64,000 nucleotides of DNA from Candidatus Liptonbacteria bacterium. Its GTDB lineage: Bacteria > Patescibacteriota > Minisyncoccia > UBA6257 > 2-01-FULL-56-20. The notes under the pieces were generated by a model. That model worked only from the letters and a program-made list of their open reading frames with translations, did no database searches and was not told the origin of the DNA. This document shows positions 47,234 through 56,083 of the stretch, piece by piece (the stretch's first letter is position 1; each line of letters begins with the position of its first letter). The stretch spans positions 51,386 to 115,385 of the forward strand of contig VGJV01000002.1 in the NCBI GenBank assembly GCA_016867315.1. The letters run 5' to 3'. Both the position numbers and the translations under genes were made by a program.

Positions 47234-47345
47234 TTTCTAATTACTAATTCCTAAAAAATACTCAAATCCCAAATTCCAAAGGTATCCGTTCGGATTTAGA
47301 AATTGGAGTTTGTTTAGAAATTAGATATTAGGAATTAGGATTTAT
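47231..47345. repeat. AT-rich inverted-repeat element (taatttctaattactaattcctaa ... ttagaaattagatattaggaattagga) between convergent rmuC and ftsZ
   Basis: Inner atccgttcggat palindrome. Same aatttctaatt/aattagaaatt motif family as at 4.1 kb and 31.0 kb. Confidence 0.45.
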
Positions 47346-48583
47346 TTTTTGCGCCTGCGCAAAAAAGTAGGAATGTCCCAAATATCTACTTCTTCTTTCT
47401 CTTGTTTTTCCACTGGTTTTTTAGAATGCATTTCGGGCTTCTCGATTTTCTCTATCTTTTCCATCACCGGCGTAGGTTTTTTCCCCAATTCCTCTGTTCT
47501 TTCTCCGAGGGGCTTAAGGGAAGAAGCAGGTTTATTGAACCCTTCGAAAAATGAAGAGTGTGCCGCGGCTGCAGGTCGCGCCGTCGGCACTTGCCCCGCT
47601 CCAAACAAAGAGGAAGCAGAGGCTCCATTGAAACCTGCCGCAATAAGCGTGACTTTGATTTGCTTGGGTCTGAGCCGCCGATCGTAATAGGCTCCGAAAA
47701 TAATGCGCGCCGAAGGATCCGCGGTTTGGGCCACAAGCTTCGCTGCATCATTGATTTCGTTCATCGTAAGGTCTCGAGCGCCGGAAATTCCCAAGAGGAT
47801 CCGCTTGGCCCCTTCTGCACTCGTCTCGAGAAGTGGAGAGTTTAACGCCGACTGCACTGCATTCATGGCACGTTCGGGCCCCGACGCAGTCCCTACCCCC
47901 ACAATCGCCGAGCCCGCATCCTCGAGGATGCTTCGCACATCCGCGAAATCGAGATTGATAAGACCGTTTGTAACCACTAATTCCACGATTCCCCTCAAGG
48001 CGTTTCGCAATACATCATCAATCGCCTCGAAAGATTTGAGCACAGGCGTATCTTTGCCGATAACAGAGAATATTCTATCATTCTGCACCACAATCAAAGC
48101 ATCTACTTTATCTTTGAGCTTCACCACCGCTTCCTGGGCAATCCGCTCTCGCTGGCTCCCTTCAAATGCGAAAGGCTTCGTCACCACTGCCACTACAAGT
48201 GATCCTAAGGATTTCGCGATTTCCGCCACGACCGGCGTGCCTCCGCTGCCCGTTCCTCCGCCAAATCCGGCAGTGAGAAATACGAGATCTGACCCTCGGA
48301 GCGCTTCGGTGATCTCCGAGCGATTCTCTTCAGCGGCCTGCCTCCCCAGGTCCGGGTTCATCCCGGTTCCTAACCCGCGCGTAAGATTCTTCCCTATATA
48401 AATTTTAGTCCGCACCTCTGCATGGTCCAGATCTTGATGATCAGTGTTGATCGCCAGGAACTGCACCCCTCGCACAAAGTCTTTGCTAATGCGAGATACT
48501 GCATTGCCTCCCCCTCCTCCGATCCCCACCACCTTGACGTTCGCGATGGGAACAGACGTTTTTTCTTTAGGAACTTTTGCCAT
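47342..48583 (-). CDS. ftsZ: Cell division protein FtsZ
   Basis: GIGGGGGNAV and GGGTGSG tubulin signature. C-terminal linker plus a conserved C-terminal peptide (DIPTFLRRRKK). Confidence 0.95.
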   Translation of the reverse strand: MAKVPKEKTSVPIANVKVVGIGGGGGNAVSRISKDFVRGVQFLAINTDHQDLDHAEVRTKIYIGKNLTRGLGTGMNPDLGRQAAEENRSEITEALRGSDLVFLTAGFGGGTGSGGTPVVAEIAKSLGSLVVAVVTKPFAFEGSQRERIAQEAVVKLKDKVDALIVVQNDRIFSVIGKDTPVLKSFEAIDDVLRNALRGIVELVVTNGLINLDFADVRSILEDAGSAIVGVGTASGPERAMNAVQSALNSPLLETSAEGAKRILLGISGARDLTMNEINDAAKLVAQTADPSARIIFGAYYDRRLRPKQIKVTLIAAGFNGASASSLFGAGQVPTARPAAAAHSSFFEGFNKPASSLKPLGERTEELGKKPTPVMEKIEKIEKPEMHSKKPVEKQEKEEVDIWDIPTFLRRRKK

Positions 48584-48627
48584 AATAAGTCTACGCGTTT
48601 ATAGACCTATAGTAGCACTCAATTTAA

Positions 48628-49863
48628 TTACGGCAAGAAGTACTTAAAGAGTTCTTTTACCGTCTTTAATTCAAACTTGAAATTCTGAAGGGGATGTGCG
48701 GACTCCCATTCCCCTTCTTCCGCTCCCCAAAGCACCAACCCTAGTACCGTCGCAAATTCTGGGTCTTCTAAATAACCGGAAAACTCGCCGTTTCCAGGGG
48801 TAAACCCTACCGTAGCTCCAATTTTAGAACTAAGTCTTAGTTCCTGCTTCACCAATTCCGTAAGCCCAGGCAACTTGGCTCCACCGCCAACGAGAACTAC
48901 TCCGCCTGGGAGTTTTCCTGCTTTTCCGATTGCCTTTAACTCTTCGCCCACAAATTCCAAAATCTCCGCCATCCGGGATTCAATAATTTCGCTTACATAT
49001 CGGCGAGAAGTGGTACCCTTCACTTCTGGGGCAAATTTCCGAAGCTCAATAATGTCCTTACTTGACACCTCCCGTGCCAATGCGTAGCCATAACCTAATT
49101 TAAGCTCCTCTGCCGCATCCACCGGCACCCGCAAACCTACGGCGAGATCATTCGACACATTCGAGGAACCCACAGGAAATTTAGCAAGACTTAAAAGCTT
49201 ATTCTCCTCATACACTGTCATTCCCGTGGTCCCTGATCCAATATCAATAAGGAGAGTCCCTAATTCCTTTTGAGCCCGCGAAAGGGAAGCGCGGGAAGCG
49301 ACGAGGGGGGCCCACACCAGCCCGCTAATCCTCCCTCCTGCGAGCTCTACCACCCGCATAAGATTTTTCACATGAGGAGTAAACGCATCAATCACGAAAC
49401 TCACCACTTCCAAGCGAGATCCGGACAATCCCAAAGGATCTGGAATATCGCCCACCCCATCAACAATAAACTCCCGGGTAACGTTATGAATAATAGTGCG
49501 ATTAGGAAGAAGATTTACGGCCTGAGAAGCTTTAATAGCACGATCTACGTCATCGGGATAAATCTCCATATCCGCACGTGACACCGCGACAATGCCTCGA
49601 GAATTTTGGACCTTCGCATGGGGCGTACCTATGGAAAGATAAACGTTCTTCAGAGCCGGCTTTGCCACCTTGCGCACCTCTCCGAGCACTCGGCTTATGA
49701 CATGGGAAGCCTCGGTAACATCCGCAATAGCGCCTTTTCGCACTCCGCGGGATTCCTCTCGATGCACAAACCGTAATACCGCTCTGCCGCGGATATTCTC
49801 TGCCACTGCTACCTTAATAGAAGTAGTTCCTATATCGAGCGCCGTAATAAAAGAGGAGCTCAT
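48628..49863 (-). CDS. ftsA: Cell division protein FtsA
   Basis: Actin-like ATPase (ALDIGTTSIKVAV...). Trimmed to the MSSSFITALDIG start. Confidence 0.9.
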   Translation of the reverse strand: MSSSFITALDIGTTSIKVAVAENIRGRAVLRFVHREESRGVRKGAIADVTEASHVISRVLGEVRKVAKPALKNVYLSIGTPHAKVQNSRGIVAVSRADMEIYPDDVDRAIKASQAVNLLPNRTIIHNVTREFIVDGVGDIPDPLGLSGSRLEVVSFVIDAFTPHVKNLMRVVELAGGRISGLVWAPLVASRASLSRAQKELGTLLIDIGSGTTGMTVYEENKLLSLAKFPVGSSNVSNDLAVGLRVPVDAAEELKLGYGYALAREVSSKDIIELRKFAPEVKGTTSRRYVSEIIESRMAEILEFVGEELKAIGKAGKLPGGVVLVGGGAKLPGLTELVKQELRLSSKIGATVGFTPGNGEFSGYLEDPEFATVLGLVLWGAEEGEWESAHPLQNFKFELKTVKELFKYFLP

Positions 49864-49873
49864 AAAAATCGAA

Positions 49874-50302
49874 TTAAAAACCTTCGCGCGCGAGCATGAG
49901 AAGCTTCTTTTCTGCTCGACGCATCTTGATCGTATCACGCTCCCGCGCATGACGGAAGCCAAGTAGATGAGCGAAACCGTGGATAACTAAAAAAAGCAGT
50001 CGATCTGGATCGTTCTCGAACCGTTCCGCATTCACGTAGATCTCCCCCAAAGAAGTCTCTCTGTCCGGATGAGGAAAATTATGAGGCTCCTCAAATGCCA
50101 AAACATCTACTATGCGCACTTTCTTCCCTGTAGTCTTGAACTTAAGGGCGCGCATCTCCGCATCAGTCACAAAAAAAACCTCCACAGCCCCTGGAGGATG
50201 ACCGAGCTCCCTAAGAACCCGAGCCACAGCCCGCCGGATGCGTTCGCGAAGCTTGGAACCCATCTCAAAATCCATCCCGGCTGCGATACGAGGCGATTTC
50301 AT
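49874..50302 (-). CDS. ybeY: rRNA maturation endoribonuclease YbeY
   Basis: HGFAHLLGFRH (HxxxHxxxxxH) zinc motif. Confidence 0.8.
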   Translation of the reverse strand: MKSPRIAAGMDFEMGSKLRERIRRAVARVLRELGHPPGAVEVFFVTDAEMRALKFKTTGKKVRIVDVLAFEEPHNFPHPDRETSLGEIYVNAERFENDPDRLLFLVIHGFAHLLGFRHARERDTIKMRRAEKKLLMLAREGF

Positions 50303-50410
50303 CCCCTACCGCGAAGCGAAGGCGAAGACGTACCCGCTGCGGTACGACGAGTCCCGAAGCGACAAAGGTAGGAATTTTGAGATGGGTTCTAGGCTCTGCC
50401 TTTCTTTTTT

Positions 50411-50857
50411 TCATTCTCCCAAAGCTTTTTTGACGCACGCCCCCACACGCTGCCCCTCTGCTTTGCCTTTGAGCTCCTGCATAGCTCCCTTCATAAGAGT
50501 AGAAAATTCAGTGGCTCCTTTTTCTTTTAGTCGCTGCACTACAGCTTCAATTTCTGCATCGGTCGCTTGTGGAGGAAGATACGCAGCAATCAAAGCGGCC
50601 TCCTTGAGCTCTTTCTCTGCTAAATCCGCTCGGTTGCCTTTGGTATAAAGCTCGGCTGCCTCTCGGCGCTTTTTGGATTCCCGTTCCAATACTTTAAGCA
50701 CCTCCTCGTCAGTGAGCGTCAAAACCCCGGAGGCCCGCTTCTCGATCTCCACCGTATTCACTGCCGCCTGAACCATTCTTAACACCCCCACTCGCTCCGC
50801 TTCTCCGGCCTTCATTGCAGCCTTCAAATCCGAAGCTAGTTTCTCTCTAAGAGCCAT
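50411..50857 (-). CDS. yqeY: GatB/YqeY domain protein
   Basis: 148 aa, all-helical YqeY family pattern. Confidence 0.75.
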   Translation of the reverse strand: MALREKLASDLKAAMKAGEAERVGVLRMVQAAVNTVEIEKRASGVLTLTDEEVLKVLERESKKRREAAELYTKGNRADLAEKELKEAALIAAYLPPQATDAEIEAVVQRLKEKGATEFSTLMKGAMQELKGKAEGQRVGACVKKALGE

Positions 50858-50862
50858 TGGTC

Positions 50863-51075
50863 TTAAATCATTCCCGCCCGCTTCAAGCGCTCGATTTCCT
50901 GTTTTTTAGATTCCCGGTGTAACGCCGAAATACGCCGCTTTAGGCGAGTCACCGGTCGATCATGGAACCGCCGGGATTTGGCTTCTTTAAGAACGCCGCT
51001 ACGCTTTACTTTCCGGGAAAACCGAAAAAAAAGTGCGCCGGCGCTTTCCCCTTCTTTCTTCTTGGCTTCAATCAT
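50863..51075 (-). CDS. rpsU: 30S ribosomal protein S21
   Basis: 70 aa, basic. FFRFSRKVKRSGVLKEAKSRRFHDRP family pattern. Confidence 0.85.
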   Translation of the reverse strand: MIEAKKKEGESAGALFFRFSRKVKRSGVLKEAKSRRFHDRPVTRLKRRISALHRESKKQEIERLKRAGMI

Positions 51076-51485
51076 GTGGACGTAATATATAACTTCTTTT
51101 GCATTATTTCAAGAGGGTCTTTGGAGGGGTTCTCTACAATACTATGAATTGACCCCCCTCCATCCTCTTCGAACCGAGAAAGAACATGCACGTGAAGATG
51201 TCCTACCGCTTGCCCGCTCGCGCGCCCATCATTCACGCCAATGGTAAGCGCGTCCGCGTTGAGCCGCTTCTTCACCTCCTTACTTATTTTTTGGACCGCC
51301 TCGAAAAGAGGTGCGACTTCCTCTTGGGGCAAATCTCCTAAAGTACCAGCGTGCACCTTAGGAATCACCATAGTGTGCCCAGGAGCTTTGGGATGTATGT
51401 CGAGAAAAGCAAACACATGCGCGTCCTCATACACTACATGAGAGAAAATTTCTTTATGAGCGATTTTACAGAATAAACAGTCCAT
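51072..51485 (-). CDS. HIT-family (histidine triad) nucleotide hydrolase
   Basis: HLHVHVL histidine triad. Confidence 0.85.
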   Translation of the reverse strand: MDCLFCKIAHKEIFSHVVYEDAHVFAFLDIHPKAPGHTMVIPKVHAGTLGDLPQEEVAPLFEAVQKISKEVKKRLNADALTIGVNDGRASGQAVGHLHVHVLSRFEEDGGGSIHSIVENPSKDPLEIMQKKLYITST

Positions 51486-51550
51486 AACGCTATAGGTTTT
51501 CCTATTTCCGACCGTAAATCCGCAGGGAGGAATTAGGAAAACAAATAAGT

Positions 51551-52864
51551 TTAGCGCAAACGTTTCTTTATCTCTTCCACGATTCTATCGAGAGGCACCG
51601 TCTCCTGGAGCCCCGACCCCAAATCGCGCACAATAACCGTCCCTTCATAAATCTCCTTTTGCCCGAAAATAAGCGCGAGCTTAGCCTCTTCTTTGTCCGC
51701 AGATTTAAGCTGCGCCTTCAAAGATTCTTTAGCCAACGCTTCTTTAATATGGATTCCCGCCTGTCGAAGTTCTTCCACAAAGCGGAAGGATTTCCGCTTC
51801 GCCATATCTCCTGCATGCGCAACAAACACCACCGCCTTCCCCCGGGGAGAAAGGGGAGTATTTTGGGCTTTCATGACCGCGATAAGCCTCTCCACTCCTG
51901 CCGCTCCTCCTATTGCCGGCGTAGCGTGTCCACCCAAGAATTCCGCGAGATAGTCATACCGTCCCCCTCCTGCTACTGCCCCCACTTCCTTACCTTCCGC
52001 TTCAGTGAAAAATTCAAATACGGTACGACTGTAATAATCGAGTCCCCGCACGAGCGTATTGTCGAGTACATATGAAATTTTGAGCTCGTCTAAATATTCG
52101 AGCACGCCTTTAAAATGCGCGCTGCAGGTCGTGCAAAGCTTATCAAGCATATTAGGAGCATGCTCTCGAAGCGCGGCACATCCCGGCTCCTTACAGTCTA
52201 AAAGGCGAAGCGGATTCACCTTAAACCGCCGCACACAATCTGCACACAATTCCTTCTCATGAGTACGATAGTAATTTTGAAGCTGTCGTCGATAAATGGG
52301 CTGACAAATCCGGCATCCTATAGAATTCAATTTAAGAATCACATCTTTGATTTTGAGTCCCGTAAGCAAGCGTAAAAATATGAGAATGATCTGCGCGTCA
52401 TAAATGGAATCGTTTTGCCCTCCAACCACCTCGAAATCCAAATGGGAAAACTGGCGATATCGTCCAAGTTGAGGATTGTCATGCCGAAACACTGGTCCCA
52501 TTGCGTATAATTTTTGAGGCTGGCCCAACCTTCCGAGACTGTGTCCCAAGTAGGCGCGCATGATAGGCGCGGTATATTCAGGGCGAAGCGCGAGAAGATC
52601 GCCGCCCCGAGTTTTAAGCGTATACATCTCCTTCGTCACAATATCGCTCGTCTCTCCTACCGTCTTTTTAAAAACATCGGCAAATTCGAGCACGGGAGTC
52701 TCAATCCGGTGGAATCCGTATTCTTCGACGAGCTCCTTGGCTACAATCTCGATCCGACCCCAATGCGCCTCATCCACAGGGAGTACATCATGCATACCCT
52801 TGGGTTCTTGGAAAAGTTGTTCCTTTTTCCCCTTACTGGGGGCCTTTTTAGGAGAGGTAGTCAT
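51551..52864 (-). CDS. hisS: Histidine--tRNA ligase
   Basis: Class II aaRS motifs and a HisRS anticodon-binding C-terminal domain. 437 aa. Confidence 0.9.
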   Translation of the reverse strand: MTTSPKKAPSKGKKEQLFQEPKGMHDVLPVDEAHWGRIEIVAKELVEEYGFHRIETPVLEFADVFKKTVGETSDIVTKEMYTLKTRGGDLLALRPEYTAPIMRAYLGHSLGRLGQPQKLYAMGPVFRHDNPQLGRYRQFSHLDFEVVGGQNDSIYDAQIILIFLRLLTGLKIKDVILKLNSIGCRICQPIYRRQLQNYYRTHEKELCADCVRRFKVNPLRLLDCKEPGCAALREHAPNMLDKLCTTCSAHFKGVLEYLDELKISYVLDNTLVRGLDYYSRTVFEFFTEAEGKEVGAVAGGGRYDYLAEFLGGHATPAIGGAAGVERLIAVMKAQNTPLSPRGKAVVFVAHAGDMAKRKSFRFVEELRQAGIHIKEALAKESLKAQLKSADKEEAKLALIFGQKEIYEGTVIVRDLGSGLQETVPLDRIVEEIKKRLR

Positions 52865-52870
52865 AAAATA

Positions 52871-53422
52871 CTATTGATTGTACTGCGGAGAAGTGAACGC
52901 CTTAATTTGAGGCAATGGCCATAACCTTATTCGAGCAATACCCACTACATTCTTAGTAGGAAGCCCTCCCCAATTCCGAGAATCGAAACTGAATGATCGA
53001 TTGTCCCCCAACACAAAATATTCCGAATCGCTCAGAACATATTCAGCATCCCCTCCCGTGACCACCCCTGGGGCCAAATATTTTTCCTCGAGCATAAAAG
53101 GTTCTCCTGAAAGAGGGACTACTTCTATCTTGTTGTTTTTGATACGCACCCGCTCGCCCGGCAATCCGATAATTCTTTTAATTAAATAGGTGAAAGGGTT
53201 ACCATCATATCGAAATACCACCACCTCTCCTCGTTCAGGAGTGCGGAAACGATACGTGAGCTCGTCCACTAATAAATAATCCCCGTTTTCAAAATTAGGA
53301 ACCATGCTCGATCCGCTCACCACAAATGGCTGGACCAAAAACGTCCGGACGAGAAATACCGAAGCCACCGCCACTAATGCGATTTCAAAAACTTCAAGGA
53401 GCGAAGCAAGGAATTTTCTCAT
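52871..53422 (-). CDS. lepB: Signal peptidase I
   Basis: SGSSMVPNF (Ser box) and GDNRSFSFDSR boxes. Confidence 0.85.
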   Translation of the reverse strand: MRKFLASLLEVFEIALVAVASVFLVRTFLVQPFVVSGSSMVPNFENGDYLLVDELTYRFRTPERGEVVVFRYDGNPFTYLIKRIIGLPGERVRIKNNKIEVVPLSGEPFMLEEKYLAPGVVTGGDAEYVLSDSEYFVLGDNRSFSFDSRNWGGLPTKNVVGIARIRLWPLPQIKAFTSPQYNQ

Positions 53423-53520
53423 AAAAGAAGTCTGTAAAGCCTAGTATACTGGCGGGCTTCATGCTTGTCTATGGGCTCCCCGCAAAATACACGTATAATA
53501 ATGGAGAACAAATACTCCAA

Positions 53521-54066
53521 ATGCCCCTTCCTTCTAAGGTACGCCTTTTCCTAGGAATAGGAAATCCAGGCGAAGAATTCGAAAATACCTATCATAACGC
53601 CGGACTCTTAGCCCTAGAAACCCTTGCCTCACGCGATGGAGTAAAAGAATTTCAAAAAGTATCTCGCAAGCATTTCGCCCGCGCCAAGGGGAATACTTTC
53701 CTCTTTATTCGATCGCTTACTTTTATGAATGAATCGGGCATAAGCGCGGAAGAAGCCTGCGCGCTCTTTAATATCAACCCGGAAGAACTCGTAGTGCTCC
53801 ATGATGAAAGCGACCTTTCCTTAGGCCGCATTCAATTCGCATTCGGCAAAGGACCCGCAGGACATAAAGGAGTAGCTTCAATCGCTCAAGCCCTCGGCAC
53901 AAATGATTTTTGGAGAATAAGAATAGGCATCCGTAAGCCTGAAGAATTGCGGCGCAAAGCCAGTGAATTTGTTCTTTCGAAAATCAGCAAAGGGGACAAA
54001 ATACTCCTCTCTCAAGCCTGCGAAAAAATAGGAGATTCCCTTAATCTCCCACAGATTAAAGCTTAG
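53521..54066 (+). CDS. pth: Peptidyl-tRNA hydrolase
   Basis: LFLGIGNPGEEFENTYHNAGL signature. Trimmed to the MPLPSKVRLFLG start. Confidence 0.85.
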   Translation: MPLPSKVRLFLGIGNPGEEFENTYHNAGLLALETLASRDGVKEFQKVSRKHFARAKGNTFLFIRSLTFMNESGISAEEACALFNINPEELVVLHDESDLSLGRIQFAFGKGPAGHKGVASIAQALGTNDFWRIRIGIRKPEELRRKASEFVLSKISKGDKILLSQACEKIGDSLNLPQIKA

Positions 54067-55606
54067 CCGCAAAACTCAAAGAAAAAGTAAACCCTCGGCC
54101 TGCCGCTTTTCTGATCTCCGTAAGAGGCAACTGAGTACTTTTGAAAGCGGGATCAGTATCAAGGGCTTTCTTTAAATTCAATATATCCGTCTCCGAAGGC
54201 GCCTCTCCGGAAAGCACGGTAGCAGTACTGCTGTCCTGATAGTAAAGCCGATGCAGCTGAATGTGATGAGTGGCAAGTAAAGCCGTGAGCTTCCCAATAA
54301 GCGGACCCTTAGGAATTCGGAACTTCTCCGTCGCCTGAATAAGCTCGAGGGTTCGATTAAAGCGGGCGGCATGGGCCCTAAGCGACTCCATTTCAGCCAC
54401 CTCTGCCTTTTTGAGCTGGAATGCGCTCTGCGATTCGAGTGTTCGTCGCATGTTGATGAGAAAGACATCCGCCACTATAAAAGCAATAAGAAGTATGCCA
54501 AGTACTGCGGGTATCACCACTCTCCAAAAACTTATAAATCCTAGAACTTGCTCATGCCGAAAACGCTCCTGCGCCCCGATTCCCAAAAGACTAATATCTC
54601 GATCTTCCCCTCGAGGCACAAGCCCTCGAAGTGCGCTTCCCAATGCCACGAACCACTCTGGAGTAGCTTGCAAATTTCCTTGAAGCGCAAGGGGCTGCAC
54701 GGTCAATCCAAAATTACTACTTACCACTCGCCCCACTTCGTCTCCTAAGGCGGAAGCCGAAATGAGCACTTCCTTTACCGGTTCCGGCCAGTGTGCACTA
54801 TAAAAGTTCAATACCTGATAAAGACTTCGCTTGAGAAGCGCTTCGAAAGCTTCCCGTGTCACTTGTTGTTTATCATTTTGGACATCTTTCCAACCATGAA
54901 AATATTCAAAGTAGAGATGCCCCTTCCTAAGAATAAGAAAATCCAACCCCGAAGAGTCGAGGTTTATTAATACATAAGGTTTTGTGGACTCCACACGTAC
55001 CCCCCGTTCGCGCGCCAAACGCGCTAAAGCTAATGCTCGAGACTCGATAGCCACGACGCTAAATCCGCCCTCCTCCAAAGCCTTGGTCACTTCATCCACG
55101 ACTTTCCGATCTATAAAAGCAGAAAGTACCTCCAGCCGAAACGTATCCTTATCCTCTCCCACAAGTTGCCACCCTGAATATGCCTCCTTCACCTCTACGG
55201 GGGAAACCATTTGAATATTAAGCTGGACTGCCTTTTCTAAATTCTCTCCTTGAATAATCGGGAGTCCGAAAACCTGACTATAAATACTGATGGAGCTCAA
55301 AGACACCACTACATTCACTTTTTTATTTTTTGCCGCATCCGGCCCCAAAACCTGTTCGCGCAGCTTCTTTACAATCGCCACAAATTCCGGCCGATTTTTG
55401 ATGTGATTTGACTCCATGAGTCCCGGAGGCAGCCGCATACTCACAAACTTGGGCTTCCCCTCTTCAAAAAGCGCGAAGCGAACAGCGGTATCCGATATTT
55501 CCAACCCGCCGATAGGAGTTCTTGCCCGAAGAAGCGCCGCAGCGCGCTGGAGATAATAACCAAAATTCTGAAGCGAGGAAGTCATGATCACTGGACTTCT
55601 TTCCAT
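54056..55606 (-). CDS. pilM: Type IV pilus assembly protein: PilM (actin-like) fused to a PilN-like TM/coiled-coil region
   Basis: N-terminal 350 aa is an actin-like ATPase fold. It is followed by a single TM helix (ISFWRVVIPAVLGILLIAFIVADVFL), a coiled coil and a periplasmic domain. 516 aa. Confidence 0.7.
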   Translation of the reverse strand: MERSPVIMTSSLQNFGYYLQRAAALLRARTPIGGLEISDTAVRFALFEEGKPKFVSMRLPPGLMESNHIKNRPEFVAIVKKLREQVLGPDAAKNKKVNVVVSLSSISIYSQVFGLPIIQGENLEKAVQLNIQMVSPVEVKEAYSGWQLVGEDKDTFRLEVLSAFIDRKVVDEVTKALEEGGFSVVAIESRALALARLARERGVRVESTKPYVLINLDSSGLDFLILRKGHLYFEYFHGWKDVQNDKQQVTREAFEALLKRSLYQVLNFYSAHWPEPVKEVLISASALGDEVGRVVSSNFGLTVQPLALQGNLQATPEWFVALGSALRGLVPRGEDRDISLLGIGAQERFRHEQVLGFISFWRVVIPAVLGILLIAFIVADVFLINMRRTLESQSAFQLKKAEVAEMESLRAHAARFNRTLELIQATEKFRIPKGPLIGKLTALLATHHIQLHRLYYQDSSTATVLSGEAPSETDILNLKKALDTDPAFKSTQLPLTEIRKAAGRGFTFSLSFAAKL

Positions 55607-56019
55607 AATACAAGGCTTACCTGCCCCGTGGAAGATGCGACGGAAGCAATCACTTGCACCTTTCTTGTGTGAAACGAGATAGTAGCAGTGGAAAGAATGC
55701 TTACAAGGCCTGTAGCAGGAGAGTTCTGGGTCACCGTAACCGTCGCGTTGTCATTTCCTAACGGCACATTGTACCCTGTGGTATTCGAGAAATCTTTATT
55801 GCGAAGCAATTGAAAATATCCATCGTTCGCCCCCGCCTTGGCCAATCCCAATGCTCGTTGAGCGGCTACGTACCCAAAACTCGAATTTACGAAGCTCGAA
55901 GTAAGAAATCCAAGAGTAACACCCACGAGAATCACAATGCTTCCCACGAGAAACACGAAGGAAAGTGCCGCCTGCCCCTTACGAGAAAATAGAAAATAGA
56001 AAATAGAAAATAGAGACAT
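55588..56019 (-). CDS. Pilin-like (pseudopilin) protein with a prepilin-type N-terminal hydrophobic segment and no Glu5
   Basis: MSLFSIFYFLFSRKG|QAALSFVFLVGSIVILVGV. Leader encoded by the (ttctatttt)n repeat. Confidence 0.6.
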   Translation of the reverse strand: MSLFSIFYFLFSRKGQAALSFVFLVGSIVILVGVTLGFLTSSFVNSSFGYVAAQRALGLAKAGANDGYFQLLRNKDFSNTTGYNVPLGNDNATVTVTQNSPATGLVSILSTATISFHTRKVQVIASVASSTGQVSLVLWKEVQ

Positions 56020-56081
56020 GCAACTTTGAAATTATACCTTTTCTGCCCTTCTACTTTCTACTTTCCAAATTCTACTTTCTG
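55984..56081. repeat. agaaaRtag/ctaYtttct inverted repeats bracketing the start codon of pilin-like gene 55588..56019
   Basis: (agaaaatag)x3.5 at 55984-56015 lies inside codons 2-12. ttctactttctactttccaaattctactttct at 56050-56081 is complementary with G-U pairs. TATAAT and the ATG lie in the 34-nt loop. Confidence 0.55.
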
Positions 56082-56083
56082 TC

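Noticed and set aside
47703-48401. 232-aa plus-strand ORF
   Set aside because: Antisense to ftsZ.
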